Below are positions 45,550 to 55,167 of a stretch of DNA of 64,000 bases, piece by piece (the first letter of the stretch is position 1; each line of letters opens with the position of its first letter). A program made the translations under genes and the position numbers. Origin of the DNA: an uncultured Clostridia bacterium (GTDB lineage Bacteria; UBA6262; WVXT01); contig CAYOFG010000001.1 of the NCBI GenBank assembly GCA_964403285.1, positions 22,183 through 86,182 on the forward strand, written 5' to 3'. The notes under the pieces are model-generated. The model was not told the DNA's origin and searched no databases. It saw nothing but the letters and a program-made list of their open reading frames with translations.

Positions 45550-48536
45550 ATTTTACTGTCGCAAAGGAAGTAGAAGTCGCAATTCCAGCAGTTCCTTGGC
45601 TTCTGGGGATAGTATCCCTGGAGAATCTCCTTTGCTTTTTCCCTGAGATGTTTTAGCGCTCCCTCAAGAGAATCATCAGTGGATAAGGTCACTCCCCCAG
45701 CAGAGTATTGCTTACCTGCCTCGACCGTTGCTTTGATATTTGCCTTAGGATTCTGGAGCTGTTTACGCAGCCAGTATATAGAGAGCCTTTCTACTGGCCT
45801 CTTCAGGTCTTCCCTGGCACCAAAAAAATAGACGGGTAACTGGAAACTTTCTCCTTCGTTCATTTTCCGACAGAGGCGAAACTCCATAAACGGACTCTTA
45901 CCCGTCTTATAATCGATAACTTCCTCAACTCCCCCTGCAAGCCGATCCAGGCGGTCTATTCTTCCAGAAAGAGTCATTCCATCTATCTGCCAGGTGAACT
46001 CTTTCTCTATCTCCTCAATGGAAAAATTCTCTCTTTCCCTCTCCTTCTCCAGATACCTGAGAAGAATTTTTGCAGCCAATCTTTGATAAACATCTTTCTC
46101 AAACAGGGTAGAAAAACTTCCCCCCTCCCGGGAGAAGACTTTTTTAATCTCTTTCTGCATATCTGTTCTTGCCTGGGAAGAATGGAGAGCATCTTTACTA
46201 TTGTATTTCTCGTGAAAGGATGCAAGAATACTGTGGAGGAGTCTTCCAAAAATTAGAGCGGGTCTTGGCTTAATCCAGATTTTTAAGAGAAAAGAGAAGA
46301 AGAACTTTGCCGGACACTCGCTATATGATTCGAGCTTATAGCCAGAGAACCTATAATCAGGAGAAATCGTCACTCTATCCCAGAGACTCTCCTGATCAAA
46401 TTCTCCCTTGATTCTCATTATCTCATTATATTTCTCTCTATCAATCTTTTCCAAAAGACCCTCCAAATCTTTATTTCCTGTGGTGAGCCAGAAGTTAACT
46501 AAATCCTCCCGGGTTAAAATTTCATCCTTCTCCTCAGGGCCGAGAACCGATGGCTTATCGAGAAATTCTATCCCCTTATCCCTGCATTTCTCCAGTAGTT
46601 CGTCTTCCCTTTCTGCCCCCACGAATTTCAGAACCAACGAAGATACAAGAGAATCGCGATTAGACTCGTAGGTTCTTCCATAAGTTAAATAGAGCTTCTT
46701 CTTCGCTCTACTTATAGCCAAATTGAAGATTCTCTCTTCCTCTTTCAGGTGTTCGGAAAGTTCGGGAAGAGGTTTCAGTCTCAATCTCTCCTTTTCCCGA
46801 ACGTTTAAGAGTGATGATTCGGGCAAATCCCGGGGAAACTTTCCTTCCACAAGTCCAGTTACGAAAACTACAGGGAAGAAGTTCCCGCTTGCCCTCTGCA
46901 CAGTCATAATCTGGACGCTATCCTCGCGGGGAATAAATGTAATTGCTTCCTCCCGGCCATAAGAAGTAAGCATCTCGTCAAGATAACTCATAAAATCAAA
47001 GAAAGACAAATTGTTTTCAATCTTCTGGAATTTCTTCACCACTTCCAGAAAATAGCTCAAGTTTTGAGCCAATCTCTTATTCTTCGTCCCTGCCTGAAGA
47101 TAACCGAACTTTAAGAAAACTTTATAGATAAGCCTTTCCAGAGATTCTTTCTTAGCCTCTCTCTCCATCTTTCCTAACGCTCCCAGAAATTCCTGAAGAG
47201 AGAAGATAGTCTCCTCATTTAAACCCAATCCGGGATAGCTTGTGCTGGACCCAGCCTCAGAAAAGTCCTGGGGTAATTTCTTCACCACCATTTTTATGAC
47301 CGCCAGGAAGGGCAAGCCTTTCCTTTCACTATAGGTCACGAGCCTTTGAATATCAACAGGATCAATATTGAACTCAGGGGCTGACAGAGCTCTCAAGAGA
47401 TGTGTGTTCATCTCTTCTTCCTGCCCCCAGACGCATTTTAAGATGGAGATAATCTGGACAATTTCTGGCTGCTTGAAAAATGCTATGCCTCCCATTACCG
47501 TATAATCAATACCATAAATTTTCATGGCATCTTCTAAATTCTTTATCTCTCTGGAGACACCGCGGCAGAGAATAGCGATATCACGATAGTAGTAACCCTG
47601 GCGAGTCAAACCGTAGATCCTGCGGGCAATGAACAGAGCCTCTTCGCTTTCACTGCCACATTTCACTAAAGTTATCCCCGGGGAAGAGGTAACTACTTCG
47701 GAAAGCGAAATTATGCGGGGCTCAAAATCAGTTAGGAATCTTCTTTTCACCTCCTCGGGCAGGGCTCCACGAAAACGAAAGACGCTCTCCTCTTCATTAC
47801 CCGAAAACAGTACCTCCTGTTTCTTCAAGGTTAAAAGAGAGAAGAGTTCGTACTCATTCAAATCGATGTTCTGAAAGTCATCAAGAAGAATATGACTGAA
47901 TCTCTCCCTGTAATTCTTAAGGATATCCCGATGGCTCTTAAAAAGTTGAATGGTCTTTAATACAAGGTCCCTGAAATCTAAACGATTCTCTTTATGCAGG
48001 TAATCCCGGTACCATATATAAATTCTTTTCAAATCTTTAAATTTCCCGTAGTCGGGCAGGCTAACCCGGGGATTAAGTTTCCAAAGGTCAATGAAGTCAA
48101 CCACCTCATCTAAGAAACCCGAAGTATGCTTGACGTTCCGATAGTAGTCTAGCTTCAAACTTTTGAGAATCTTACTCAACACCAGCCTTTCTTCTAATCC
48201 GTCGAGCACCTGAAAGTTGGGATAGATGCCAGGAACCCTGTTATAATTTTGCCGGAGAACCCTCTTGCAGAACGCAGTAAAGCTATTGACCCAGAACTCT
48301 CCATATCCCGGCTGAAGATGCGGCCTTAAAGCTCCCACCATCTCCTCCTGGTCAGTAAACACAAGTATCCTTTCCGGTGGAGCAATTCCCGAAGATATGA
48401 GATTTTCAATTCTTCTCTTTAAAACTTCGGTCTTGCCCGATCCGGCTCGACCCAAAAGAAGAAGCGATCTCCCTCTATGGGCCACCGCCTCCCCCTGTTC
48501 TCTATTCAAATCCTTTAAAATATCCACCTTACACAC
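45543..48536 (-). CDS. UvrD-like ATPase fused to C-terminal Fe-S PD-(D/E)xK nuclease (AddB/AdnA-like helicase-nuclease subunit)
   Basis: Walker A is GRAGSGKTE. A FRFRGA motif is present. The C-terminal nuclease has CPAKFFFSF...VIDYKTGK...CWNCDFYFLCD, the four-Cys Fe-S cluster type. Confidence 0.65.
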   Translation of the reverse strand: MCKVDILKDLNREQGEAVAHRGRSLLLLGRAGSGKTEVLKRRIENLISSGIAPPERILVFTDQEEMVGALRPHLQPGYGEFWVNSFTAFCKRVLRQNYNRVPGIYPNFQVLDGLEERLVLSKILKSLKLDYYRNVKHTSGFLDEVVDFIDLWKLNPRVSLPDYGKFKDLKRIYIWYRDYLHKENRLDFRDLVLKTIQLFKSHRDILKNYRERFSHILLDDFQNIDLNEYELFSLLTLKKQEVLFSGNEEESVFRFRGALPEEVKRRFLTDFEPRIISLSEVVTSSPGITLVKCGSESEEALFIARRIYGLTRQGYYYRDIAILCRGVSREIKNLEDAMKIYGIDYTVMGGIAFFKQPEIVQIISILKCVWGQEEEMNTHLLRALSAPEFNIDPVDIQRLVTYSERKGLPFLAVIKMVVKKLPQDFSEAGSSTSYPGLGLNEETIFSLQEFLGALGKMEREAKKESLERLIYKVFLKFGYLQAGTKNKRLAQNLSYFLEVVKKFQKIENNLSFFDFMSYLDEMLTSYGREEAITFIPREDSVQIMTVQRASGNFFPVVFVTGLVEGKFPRDLPESSLLNVREKERLRLKPLPELSEHLKEEERIFNLAISRAKKKLYLTYGRTYESNRDSLVSSLVLKFVGAEREDELLEKCRDKGIEFLDKPSVLGPEEKDEILTREDLVNFWLTTGNKDLEGLLEKIDREKYNEIMRIKGEFDQESLWDRVTISPDYRFSGYKLESYSECPAKFFFSFLLKIWIKPRPALIFGRLLHSILASFHEKYNSKDALHSSQARTDMQKEIKKVFSREGGSFSTLFEKDVYQRLAAKILLRYLEKERERENFSIEEIEKEFTWQIDGMTLSGRIDRLDRLAGGVEEVIDYKTGKSPFMEFRLCRKMNEGESFQLPVYFFGAREDLKRPVERLSIYWLRKQLQNPKANIKATVEAGKQYSAGGVTLSTDDSLEGALKHLREKAKEILQGYYPQKPRNCWNCDFYFLCDSKIK

Positions 48537-48554
48537 CCGATTAGTAAAATAGGG

Positions 48555-49688
48555 TCAGGAAAATTGACTCTGACCCCTTTTTAAACAATTAAGTATTGTG
48601 TCCCCATAATTCTTTGCGAATGCATCTACTCCTTCTCTTTGCAGGGTCTCACAGACCTCATCTAAATCCACCCCGGCTTTTTTCATCCGGGAAAGAACTT
48701 CTTTAACTCCACCCAAGTTCTCTTCCAGGGATAATTTTGGCTTTCCGTGGTCTCTAAAGGCATCGAGCGTCACCTGAGGAACGGTATTTATTGTATCCGG
48801 GCCAATCAATTCTGCCACGTATTTCACATCACTATAGGCAGGGTTCTTAGTGGAGGTGCTTGCCCAGAGCGGTCTTTGAACTCTGGCGCCTCTTTTTTCC
48901 AGGTCTTTGAACTTTTGTTGAGAGAAAATCTCCTTAAACTTTTGATAAACCTTCTTGGAATTGGCTACTGCTGCTTTTCCCAAAAGCCCCTGTAAATCTC
49001 TCTTCCTTTCAGAGTCTTTCTCCGATTCTATCAGCGAAGAAATCTCCTTATCCACCAGTGTGTCTATCCTGCTCACAAATAGACTGGCAACCGAAGCCAC
49101 TCTCTTTAAATCTCCTTCCTCCCGGGAAAACCCTTCCAGTCCCTTGATGTATGCTCGGGCAACGTTTTCGTAATGGGACAAGGAGAAGATGAGAGTAGCA
49201 TTTATATTGATGCCTTTCGATATCAGCCGCTCTATTGCCACAGCCCCTTCTTTTGTTGCCGGGACTTTTATCATAATGTTTTCTCTTCCTATTCTCATAA
49301 ACAATTTTTGAGCCTCATTTATAGTCTGTTCAATATCGTACGCATATTTAGGAGGAACTTCAATGCTCACATATCCGTCTTTTCTTTCTGTTTCCTTATA
49401 TATTTTATAAAGAATATCTGCCGCCAGAGTCACATCCTTTATTGTCAGGCTCTCATAAACCTCTTCGGCAGTCTTATTTTTCCGAGTCAACTCTTCAATT
49501 TCAGAGTCGTACTCCTTACTCTGAGTAATTGCTTTTTCAAATATCGTGGGATTCGATGTAACTCCACAAACGCCATCCTCTTCTACCATCTTTTCCAGCT
49601 TCCCCGAGGTAAGAATTGACCTCTCAATGTTGTCATACCAGATACTCTGGCCAAAATTCTTAATCTGATAAACGGGATTCTTTCCCAT
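48555..49688 (-). CDS. tal: Transaldolase
   Basis: SIWYDNIERSILTSGKLEKMVEEDGVCGVTSNPTIFEKAI contains the transaldolase (V/T)TSNPTIF signature. The Schiff-base Lys region MIKVPAT is present. The last six codons (GDTILN) are encoded by a copy of the dispersed repeat. Confidence 0.7.
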   Translation of the reverse strand: MGKNPVYQIKNFGQSIWYDNIERSILTSGKLEKMVEEDGVCGVTSNPTIFEKAITQSKEYDSEIEELTRKNKTAEEVYESLTIKDVTLAADILYKIYKETERKDGYVSIEVPPKYAYDIEQTINEAQKLFMRIGRENIMIKVPATKEGAVAIERLISKGININATLIFSLSHYENVARAYIKGLEGFSREEGDLKRVASVASLFVSRIDTLVDKEISSLIESEKDSERKRDLQGLLGKAAVANSKKVYQKFKEIFSQQKFKDLEKRGARVQRPLWASTSTKNPAYSDVKYVAELIGPDTINTVPQVTLDAFRDHGKPKLSLEENLGGVKEVLSRMKKAGVDLDEVCETLQREGVDAFAKNYGDTILNCLKRGQSQFS

Positions 49689-49710
49689 TTCTATCTTCCT
49701 TTCTCAAGAT

Positions 49711-50937
49711 TCACAAAAGGCTCATCTGTTCCGGCTCTATTCCCTTTTCCTCTTCAAATATCTTTACTTTTCCATAGACCCCATCATATCCTGGAGAAAT
49801 CTTCACTTTCCTCTCCCTTACCCTGGCGATACCTTCAGCAATTTTAGGATGGATTTTATAAAGTTCATCAAAGGAGACTTCTAACATAATTTTGAATTCA
49901 CTGCCAAATTTTTCGATTAGGTAATGGTATAATTTATCCACTTCTGTTGATTTGGAAGTTTTTCCCATCGCCTCGCCGACTATTTCCTTCAAAAGAACCA
50001 GGCTCTTAAAAGGAATCGCGCCCTGAGGTTTGAAGCCAATTTCCCTGTCGGCAAGTTCATACACGCGATGCATAACTCCTATAGTGAGACGTTTGCCACA
50101 ACCGGGACATATATTATTGTGACTCTTTGTCTCTTTGGGAGAAAGACATACGTTACAATTCCTGTGACCATCGTAATGGTATTTCCCTTCCTGGGGAAAG
50201 AACTCTATGGTGCCTAAGAATTTATCATTATCTTTATTCTTAATTGCAGAAATTATCTCTTTATAGTCAATTTTGCAATTAAACATATTGGCTTCCCTTC
50301 CCAGATTGGCAGGAGAATGGGCATCACTATTGGAAATTAGAGTAAACCTGTCCAGACTGGAAAGAGCCCAGTTCATTTTCGGGTCGCTGGACAATCCTGT
50401 CTCCAGAGCATAGATTTGTGAAGTCAATTCTCCAAAACATTCTTCTATATCGTCAAACCCGGAATTTGCTCCAAAGAGCGAAAACCAGGGAGTCCAGATA
50501 TGTGCCGGCACAACAAAACATTCACTGGAGGCTTCCAACACTATCTTCGCTAACTCTTTTGCCGAAAGTCCCAGAATAGGTCTTCCATCAGAATGCAAAT
50601 TACCGATTCTTGAGAGTTCACTATTCAACTTGTGGACTACATCAAAACTGGGAGCAAAAATGAGAATATGAATTTTTCTTACTCTTCCTCCCTGGGAGTA
50701 GATACAACTTATCTCACTGGTGAGAAAGAAATGAATACCTCCATACTCATAAACACCATAGCTCACTGGCTTAAGATATTCTTCCAGTTCATCCAGCCAG
50801 TGAGGATGAGTAAAGTCCCCTGTTCCTAAAATATCAATCCCCTTAAACTTAGCATACTGGCTTATCTCTCGAACGTTCATCTCGCCCGAGGTAGCTCTTG
50901 AATATCGAGAATGAATATGAAAATCAGCGATTAACAT
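49711..50937 (-). CDS. PHP-domain nuclease, endonuclease Q (EndoQ)-like
   Basis: MLIADFHIHSRYSRATSGEM, GTGDFTHPHW, LISNSDAHSPANLGREANMF and the Zn-ribbon CPGCGKRLTIGVMHRVYELAD align with Pyrococcus EndoQ. The corresponding EndoQ segments are MIVDGDLHIHSHYSKA, GTGDSLNPHW, LSNSDAHSP..LGREFNRF and CPKCGG...RILELAD. Confidence 0.5.
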   Translation of the reverse strand: MLIADFHIHSRYSRATSGEMNVREISQYAKFKGIDILGTGDFTHPHWLDELEEYLKPVSYGVYEYGGIHFFLTSEISCIYSQGGRVRKIHILIFAPSFDVVHKLNSELSRIGNLHSDGRPILGLSAKELAKIVLEASSECFVVPAHIWTPWFSLFGANSGFDDIEECFGELTSQIYALETGLSSDPKMNWALSSLDRFTLISNSDAHSPANLGREANMFNCKIDYKEIISAIKNKDNDKFLGTIEFFPQEGKYHYDGHRNCNVCLSPKETKSHNNICPGCGKRLTIGVMHRVYELADREIGFKPQGAIPFKSLVLLKEIVGEAMGKTSKSTEVDKLYHYLIEKFGSEFKIMLEVSFDELYKIHPKIAEGIARVRERKVKISPGYDGVYGKVKIFEEEKGIEPEQMSLL

Positions 50938-51307
50938 TTTTCTTCCTAACTATCAAAAAACAGAGCATCAACCCTATTCCCAACGCATCTATTAGAATGT
51001 CGTAAATAGAACCGTGTCTGGTGGGAACAACCCTCTGATGGATTTCGTCGGATATTGCATAAAACAGAGAAAGCGCCCCGGACCACGCATAAACTTTTGT
51101 CAGATTAATCTTAAGCGAGTGAAAAATCGCCCTCCACACAAGAAAGGCAAGTATTCCGTATTCAGTAATATGGGCAATTTTTCTGAGGATTATATCCCAG
51201 GTTCCCCAGGCCGTTGCCAGATTAGGAAGGCTAGAGAGGTAGAAAATGGTACCACACCACAACCCCACCGGTAGCCACAACTTCAAAAATAGAGAAATTT
51301 TCTTCAT
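50924..51307 (-). CDS. VanZ-like family membrane protein
   Basis: Four TM helices are predicted. ILRKIAHITEYGILAFLVWRAI and DEIHQRVVPTRHGSIYDILIDALGIGLM match the VanZ-like motif (DE.hQ.fvpgR.gs..Dvl.d..G). Confidence 0.6.
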   Translation of the reverse strand: MKKISLFLKLWLPVGLWCGTIFYLSSLPNLATAWGTWDIILRKIAHITEYGILAFLVWRAIFHSLKINLTKVYAWSGALSLFYAISDEIHQRVVPTRHGSIYDILIDALGIGLMLCFLIVRKKNVNR

Positions 51308-51351
51308 CTCTCTTCGCCTTTAACATCACTAATCGTCCCGATTCATCGGGG

Positions 51352-51552
51352 CTACTCCACCTTGTAGCATTCAATAAATCTTTCCAGAGACCTGTCGTAA
51401 GTCCTCTCTACATTGGGCGGGAAAAAACATGCCGGCAGTTCTTTAGACCTCCAGTGGTACGCTATACACTCGCAACAAATCCCTTTTCTGGAGCAAGGCT
51501 CATAAGTACAATTACAATTCTTCCGATTCTTGTTTTCGTTACATTCCCTCAT
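51352..51552 (-). CDS. Small Cys-rich conserved protein (~66 aa)
   Basis: The probable start is the internal MRECNEN, preceded by an AAGGAGAG RBS. The sequence is [32 protein letters not shown], with eight Cys residues. The 5' part of the track ORF is a hairpin-rich intergenic sequence. Confidence 0.4.
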   Translation of the reverse strand: MRECNENKNRKNCNCTYEPCSRKGICCECIAYHWRSKELPACFFPPNVERTYDRSLERFIECYKVE

Positions 51553-51690
51553 TATCTCTCCTTCACCAATTTTTATCTTCTTTTGTTCTTGTAGGGGACG
51601 GACACAGTTTATGCCGACCTTTCGGCATGCCGTCCCTTCATTCGGGCGACCATCCCGATACATCGGGATCGCCTCTACACTAATTCCTTT

Positions 51691-52062
51691 TTAGAACCCG
51701 ATTTTTTTAGACGGCTCACCAGCTGCTTTTATCTCTCCAAATTTCTCTTCATACCTTTTGATATTCTCTTGTAGGGCAAGGAGGAGCCTCTTGGTATGGC
51801 CAGGACTTGAGATTACTCTCGCCCTCACTTTCGCTTTCGGCTCCTGGGGCTGAACGTAAATGAAATCGATTGTAAACTCAGTCTCACTATGCCTTATGAA
51901 AGCCAGATTGGCATATGCCCCCTGAGCCATAGCGTCGTCCAATTCGATTCGAATTTGTACCTGTTTTTCCTGTTCTTCAGGCATAACCTTAACCTCCTTG
52001 ACTTGTCCTCCCCACTTAGTATAAACGTGGCGACCCTTCTGATATTTTTTCGGCTCAGTCAT
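51691..52062 (-). CDS. DUF3467 family protein
   Basis: ELDDAMAQGAYANLAFIRHSETEFTIDFIY matches the DUF3467 core (e.d.vaaGvYaNla.i.hs.tEFvlDF). Confidence 0.5.
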   Translation of the reverse strand: MTEPKKYQKGRHVYTKWGGQVKEVKVMPEEQEKQVQIRIELDDAMAQGAYANLAFIRHSETEFTIDFIYVQPQEPKAKVRARVISSPGHTKRLLLALQENIKRYEEKFGEIKAAGEPSKKIGF

Positions 52063-52145
52063 CTTTTAATGGTACGCGAAGCTCCCGCTTCGCCCCTCCT
52101 TTCCAATGCAGAGCTATCGCTCTGCAGCTACAACTTTGAAAGATA

Positions 52146-52514
52146 TCAATATTTGTAACCTTTGTCAAAGGCTTCCTTGAAATCGTACCCGTGCTGGAAA
52201 TCTTCAATACTATCTTCTTCTGTCTTAGACAAAACTCCAGCATCCACCATATTGAAAACTATATTACCAAAATCTTCTGTCCTTCTCACTCCCCAATTCT
52301 CAAAAACCGTGCGCGCCATCAGCCCGAAACATTCCAGACCGTATTCCTTAATACCCTCAAGGAGTTTTTGACCACTAACGTGTCTCGGCTTATCTAATTT
52401 ACTCTGCGTGTAATTTAAAGCTTCCATAACGAAATCGTAAGCCTCCGCCTTATAGCGAGGGTCCTTAGCCACAATTTCTTCCACAACTTTCAAAAAATCC
52501 TCTTTGTTTTTCAT
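52146..52514 (-). CDS. Conserved hypothetical protein (Minf_1886-like), tentative
   Basis: The sequence is RHVSGQKLLEGIKEYGLECFGLMARTVFENWGVRRTEDFGNIVFNMVDAGVL. The family call is from memory and uncertain. Confidence 0.3.
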   Translation of the reverse strand: MKNKEDFLKVVEEIVAKDPRYKAEAYDFVMEALNYTQSKLDKPRHVSGQKLLEGIKEYGLECFGLMARTVFENWGVRRTEDFGNIVFNMVDAGVLSKTEEDSIEDFQHGYDFKEAFDKGYKY

Positions 52515-52530
52515 CTTTAATATTTCCTAT

Positions 52531-53442
52531 TTAAACTCCATTCAGGCAAACTCTCTTGAAATTGCAGGTCTTACAGAGTTCCCTATTGAGTGTTCTGGCA
52601 AAATCATCCTGGGAAGCTATGTTCTGAACAGGGTCTACGAGTAATGCCTTCATTTCCCTGATATTCTTTCTCATATATCCCTTAATCTCTTCTATGTCTT
52701 CCGCATTCAACCTGTTTGTAATGCCCCTTTTATGGTGCAAATTGTACTCAATCGTTTTGACTTTTTCCGAATCCACATTCCAGTGGTCAATCGCAAATAG
52801 AGTATAACAGCCAAGTTGGACGTCGCTTCCCGCGCGTTCAGATTTACCGGTTTTCCAGTCTACTATGATAATACTGCCATTTCTATCTCTGTAAGCAAAA
52901 TCTAACCTGACATTGATTTTGGTATCTTCAAAGAGGAAAGCCTGAAACTCCTCTATGGGCAACCAGAGTGAGAAGTCAATATTCTTAACCCCGTCAAAAA
53001 TATCTGAACTATAAAAATTCTGAATACAAGTCTCTACGTGGTTCCACAGGTCTTTCCATTGCTCATCTTTCACTTCTACATCATACTCATGTTCAAACAA
53101 GGCACAGCTTTTGGGGTCTTGCCAGTACGTTTTGTTCTTCGAGGATTCGAAATCGCGCCGCATCTGTTCCCTGGTTAAATGGATGAGGCGATTCATCAGT
53201 GGCACTCTGCCAGACTTCGTCTCCTCCAGGACATTCTTGATAGCCTCATGAGTTACTCCTCCTGCCCACATAAATCTGTTCTTCAGTTTCCCCAGAACGT
53301 ATATCTGCCTCACCTCGTCAGGAGCATCAAACTCCCAACCACCCCAGTGCCCGTAATAACTATAATAGTATCTCCTGTGGCATTCCCTGAAAATATCATT
53401 TCTCGAATTTGACCAGGAAAATTCGTTCTTTAATTTTCCCAT
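52531..53442 (-). CDS. PD-(D/E)xK nuclease superfamily protein with Cas4/AddB-type Cys cluster
   Basis: The N-terminal Cys is in FRECHRRYYYSYY. The core is IIVDWKTGK (D..K). The C-terminal cluster is CKTCNFKRVC. Confidence 0.55.
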   Translation of the reverse strand: MGKLKNEFSWSNSRNDIFRECHRRYYYSYYGHWGGWEFDAPDEVRQIYVLGKLKNRFMWAGGVTHEAIKNVLEETKSGRVPLMNRLIHLTREQMRRDFESSKNKTYWQDPKSCALFEHEYDVEVKDEQWKDLWNHVETCIQNFYSSDIFDGVKNIDFSLWLPIEEFQAFLFEDTKINVRLDFAYRDRNGSIIIVDWKTGKSERAGSDVQLGCYTLFAIDHWNVDSEKVKTIEYNLHHKRGITNRLNAEDIEEIKGYMRKNIREMKALLVDPVQNIASQDDFARTLNRELCKTCNFKRVCLNGV

Positions 53443-53527
53443 TTGTCTTTTCCCCTTTTGTAGGGGCTCAATTTATTGAGCCCGATTTACGGGTTCGATG
53501 AATCGAACCCCTACGGTTGCGTTCCTG

Positions 53528-54094
53528 CTAAAATTCAACCGGTGGGGTTTCAGTTTCTTCCTCTTCAACCTCAAAATAAGTTCTGGGCTCATCCAGACCC
53601 CTTCTTTTGGCAAAGAAGCGCCCAAAGACTTCTCTGATATGGGCATTAAATACCTTGACCGCCCGATTATACCTCACCCTGGCCACAGCGATCCTGTTTG
53701 TAGTTCCCGCCAGTTCGTCCATTAGCCTGATGAAGGTCTGATTGGCTTTCAAATCAGGATAGCGCTCAACGACTACAAGAAGGCGTCCTAAAGCGCCATT
53801 CAGTTCCTTGGCTGCATTAACTTTTTCGGCAATTGTCTTTGCTCCGGCAAGAGCTGCGCGCGCATCGGCTATGTGAGTAAATACTTCCCTTTCATGTTTC
53901 ATATATCCTTTAGCCGTAGCCACCAGGTCAGGGATTAATTCGCTTTTCCTCTTGAGCTGCGTATCAATCTGAGCCCAAGACTCATTTACCTCTTCATCCA
54001 TTCTCACTACACGATTAAGGCCAGAAATGTACCAGGAAATCCCCACAAAAATTAAGAAAACAAGAATTACCAGAAAAATCCACGCCTTTTTCAT
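53528..54094 (-). CDS. lemA: LemA family protein
   Basis: An N-terminal TM helix is followed by WYISGLNRVVRMDEEVNESWAQIDTQLKRKSELIPDLV, the LemA signature region. Confidence 0.7.
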   Translation of the reverse strand: MKKAWIFLVILVFLIFVGISWYISGLNRVVRMDEEVNESWAQIDTQLKRKSELIPDLVATAKGYMKHEREVFTHIADARAALAGAKTIAEKVNAAKELNGALGRLLVVVERYPDLKANQTFIRLMDELAGTTNRIAVARVRYNRAVKVFNAHIREVFGRFFAKRRGLDEPRTYFEVEEEETETPPVEF

Positions 54095-54384
54095 CTTTCA
54101 TCCTCCATTTGTGAATCAGTGAGTGTTTCTCCTTCCCAATCTGAAGAAAATAGTCTGTGAAGAACGCTCGGAATTTCAGCCAAAAAACGAGGACGACTTG
54201 TCATTGCGAGGAGCGTGAGCGACGAAGCAATCCCGTAAATTTACTCACGAGATTGCCACGCCCTTCGGGCTCGCAATGACATTCTCGCGAGCGAAGCGAG
54301 GAGTTTCGATTTGCGCCTTACAGAGTCCGAAGTTTTTTGGCGAGAGGAAATTCCGCAGTGATGAACAGACTATTTTCTAATATC

Positions 54385-55167
54385 TCACCATCTTCCCGTA
54401 GCTCCTCCGCCGCCTGAGAGTCCTCCGCCAAATCCTCCAAATCCTCCAAATCCTCCTCCAAATCCTCCTCCAAAACCTCCTCCCCCTCCACCCCAAAAGC
54501 CCCCTCTTCCCATGAAAAATAACCATGGTAGAAGGAAAAGCCTTCCTCCCAAAAAGAAGAGAATTAAGAATAAGTAGAAAAGATTCGTCAGAGCTCTCTT
54601 CCTCTGAGACTCACTTTTAGCAGCCACCTCATAATCCTCTTGAGAGAGAGAACTTAGTGCAGATAATTCCACTCCCTTTTCCCGGGCAATTAAATTGGCA
54701 AGTGTAGCCGTACCAGTAAAAAGTCCTGCGCCGAACTCTCCTCTCCCGAAACTGGGAGCAATCTTCTGCCGAATAACCTCTCCCGCCATACCGTCAGTAA
54801 TGATACCCTCTAAACCATAACCCACTTCTATTCTAACTAATCGCTCACCAACAGAAACAAGAATCAGAAGACCGTTATCTTCGCCCTTCTTCCCAATTCC
54901 CCATGCCGCAAAGAGGTCTACTGCATAACTTTCTATATCTCCTTCCGGTATACTCTCCAGGGTCACTATAGCAATTTCAGAAGTAGTCTTTCTTTCCAGT
55001 TCAGTAACAAGATTTGTCAACCGGCCTACATCGCTGGAAGAAAGAAGGCGAGCAAAGTCATTGACGTATCCCACCGGTTTGGGAAAGGAAGCCTCCTTTC
55101 CTAAAGAAGAAACCTGAAAAAGAAATAAAGTGATTAAGATTACAGGCAGTATCTTAATTTTTCTCAT
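54385..55167 (-). CDS. TPM-domain (TLP18.3/Psb32/MOLO-1, YgcG-like) protein with Gly-rich C-terminal tail
   Basis: The start is probably the internal MRKIKILPVILITLFLF signal, whose ATG overlaps the upstream gene's stop as TAATG. YVNDFARLLSSSDVGRLTNLVTELERKTTSEIAIVTLESI and GLLILVSVGERLVRIEVGYGLEG are TPM motifs. A TM helix and a GGFGGGFGGG tail follow. This is the conserved pairing with LemA. Confidence 0.65.
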   Translation of the reverse strand: MRKIKILPVILITLFLFQVSSLGKEASFPKPVGYVNDFARLLSSSDVGRLTNLVTELERKTTSEIAIVTLESIPEGDIESYAVDLFAAWGIGKKGEDNGLLILVSVGERLVRIEVGYGLEGIITDGMAGEVIRQKIAPSFGRGEFGAGLFTGTATLANLIAREKGVELSALSSLSQEDYEVAAKSESQRKRALTNLFYLFLILFFLGGRLFLLPWLFFMGRGGFWGGGGGGFGGGFGGGFGGFGGFGGGLSGGGGATGRW

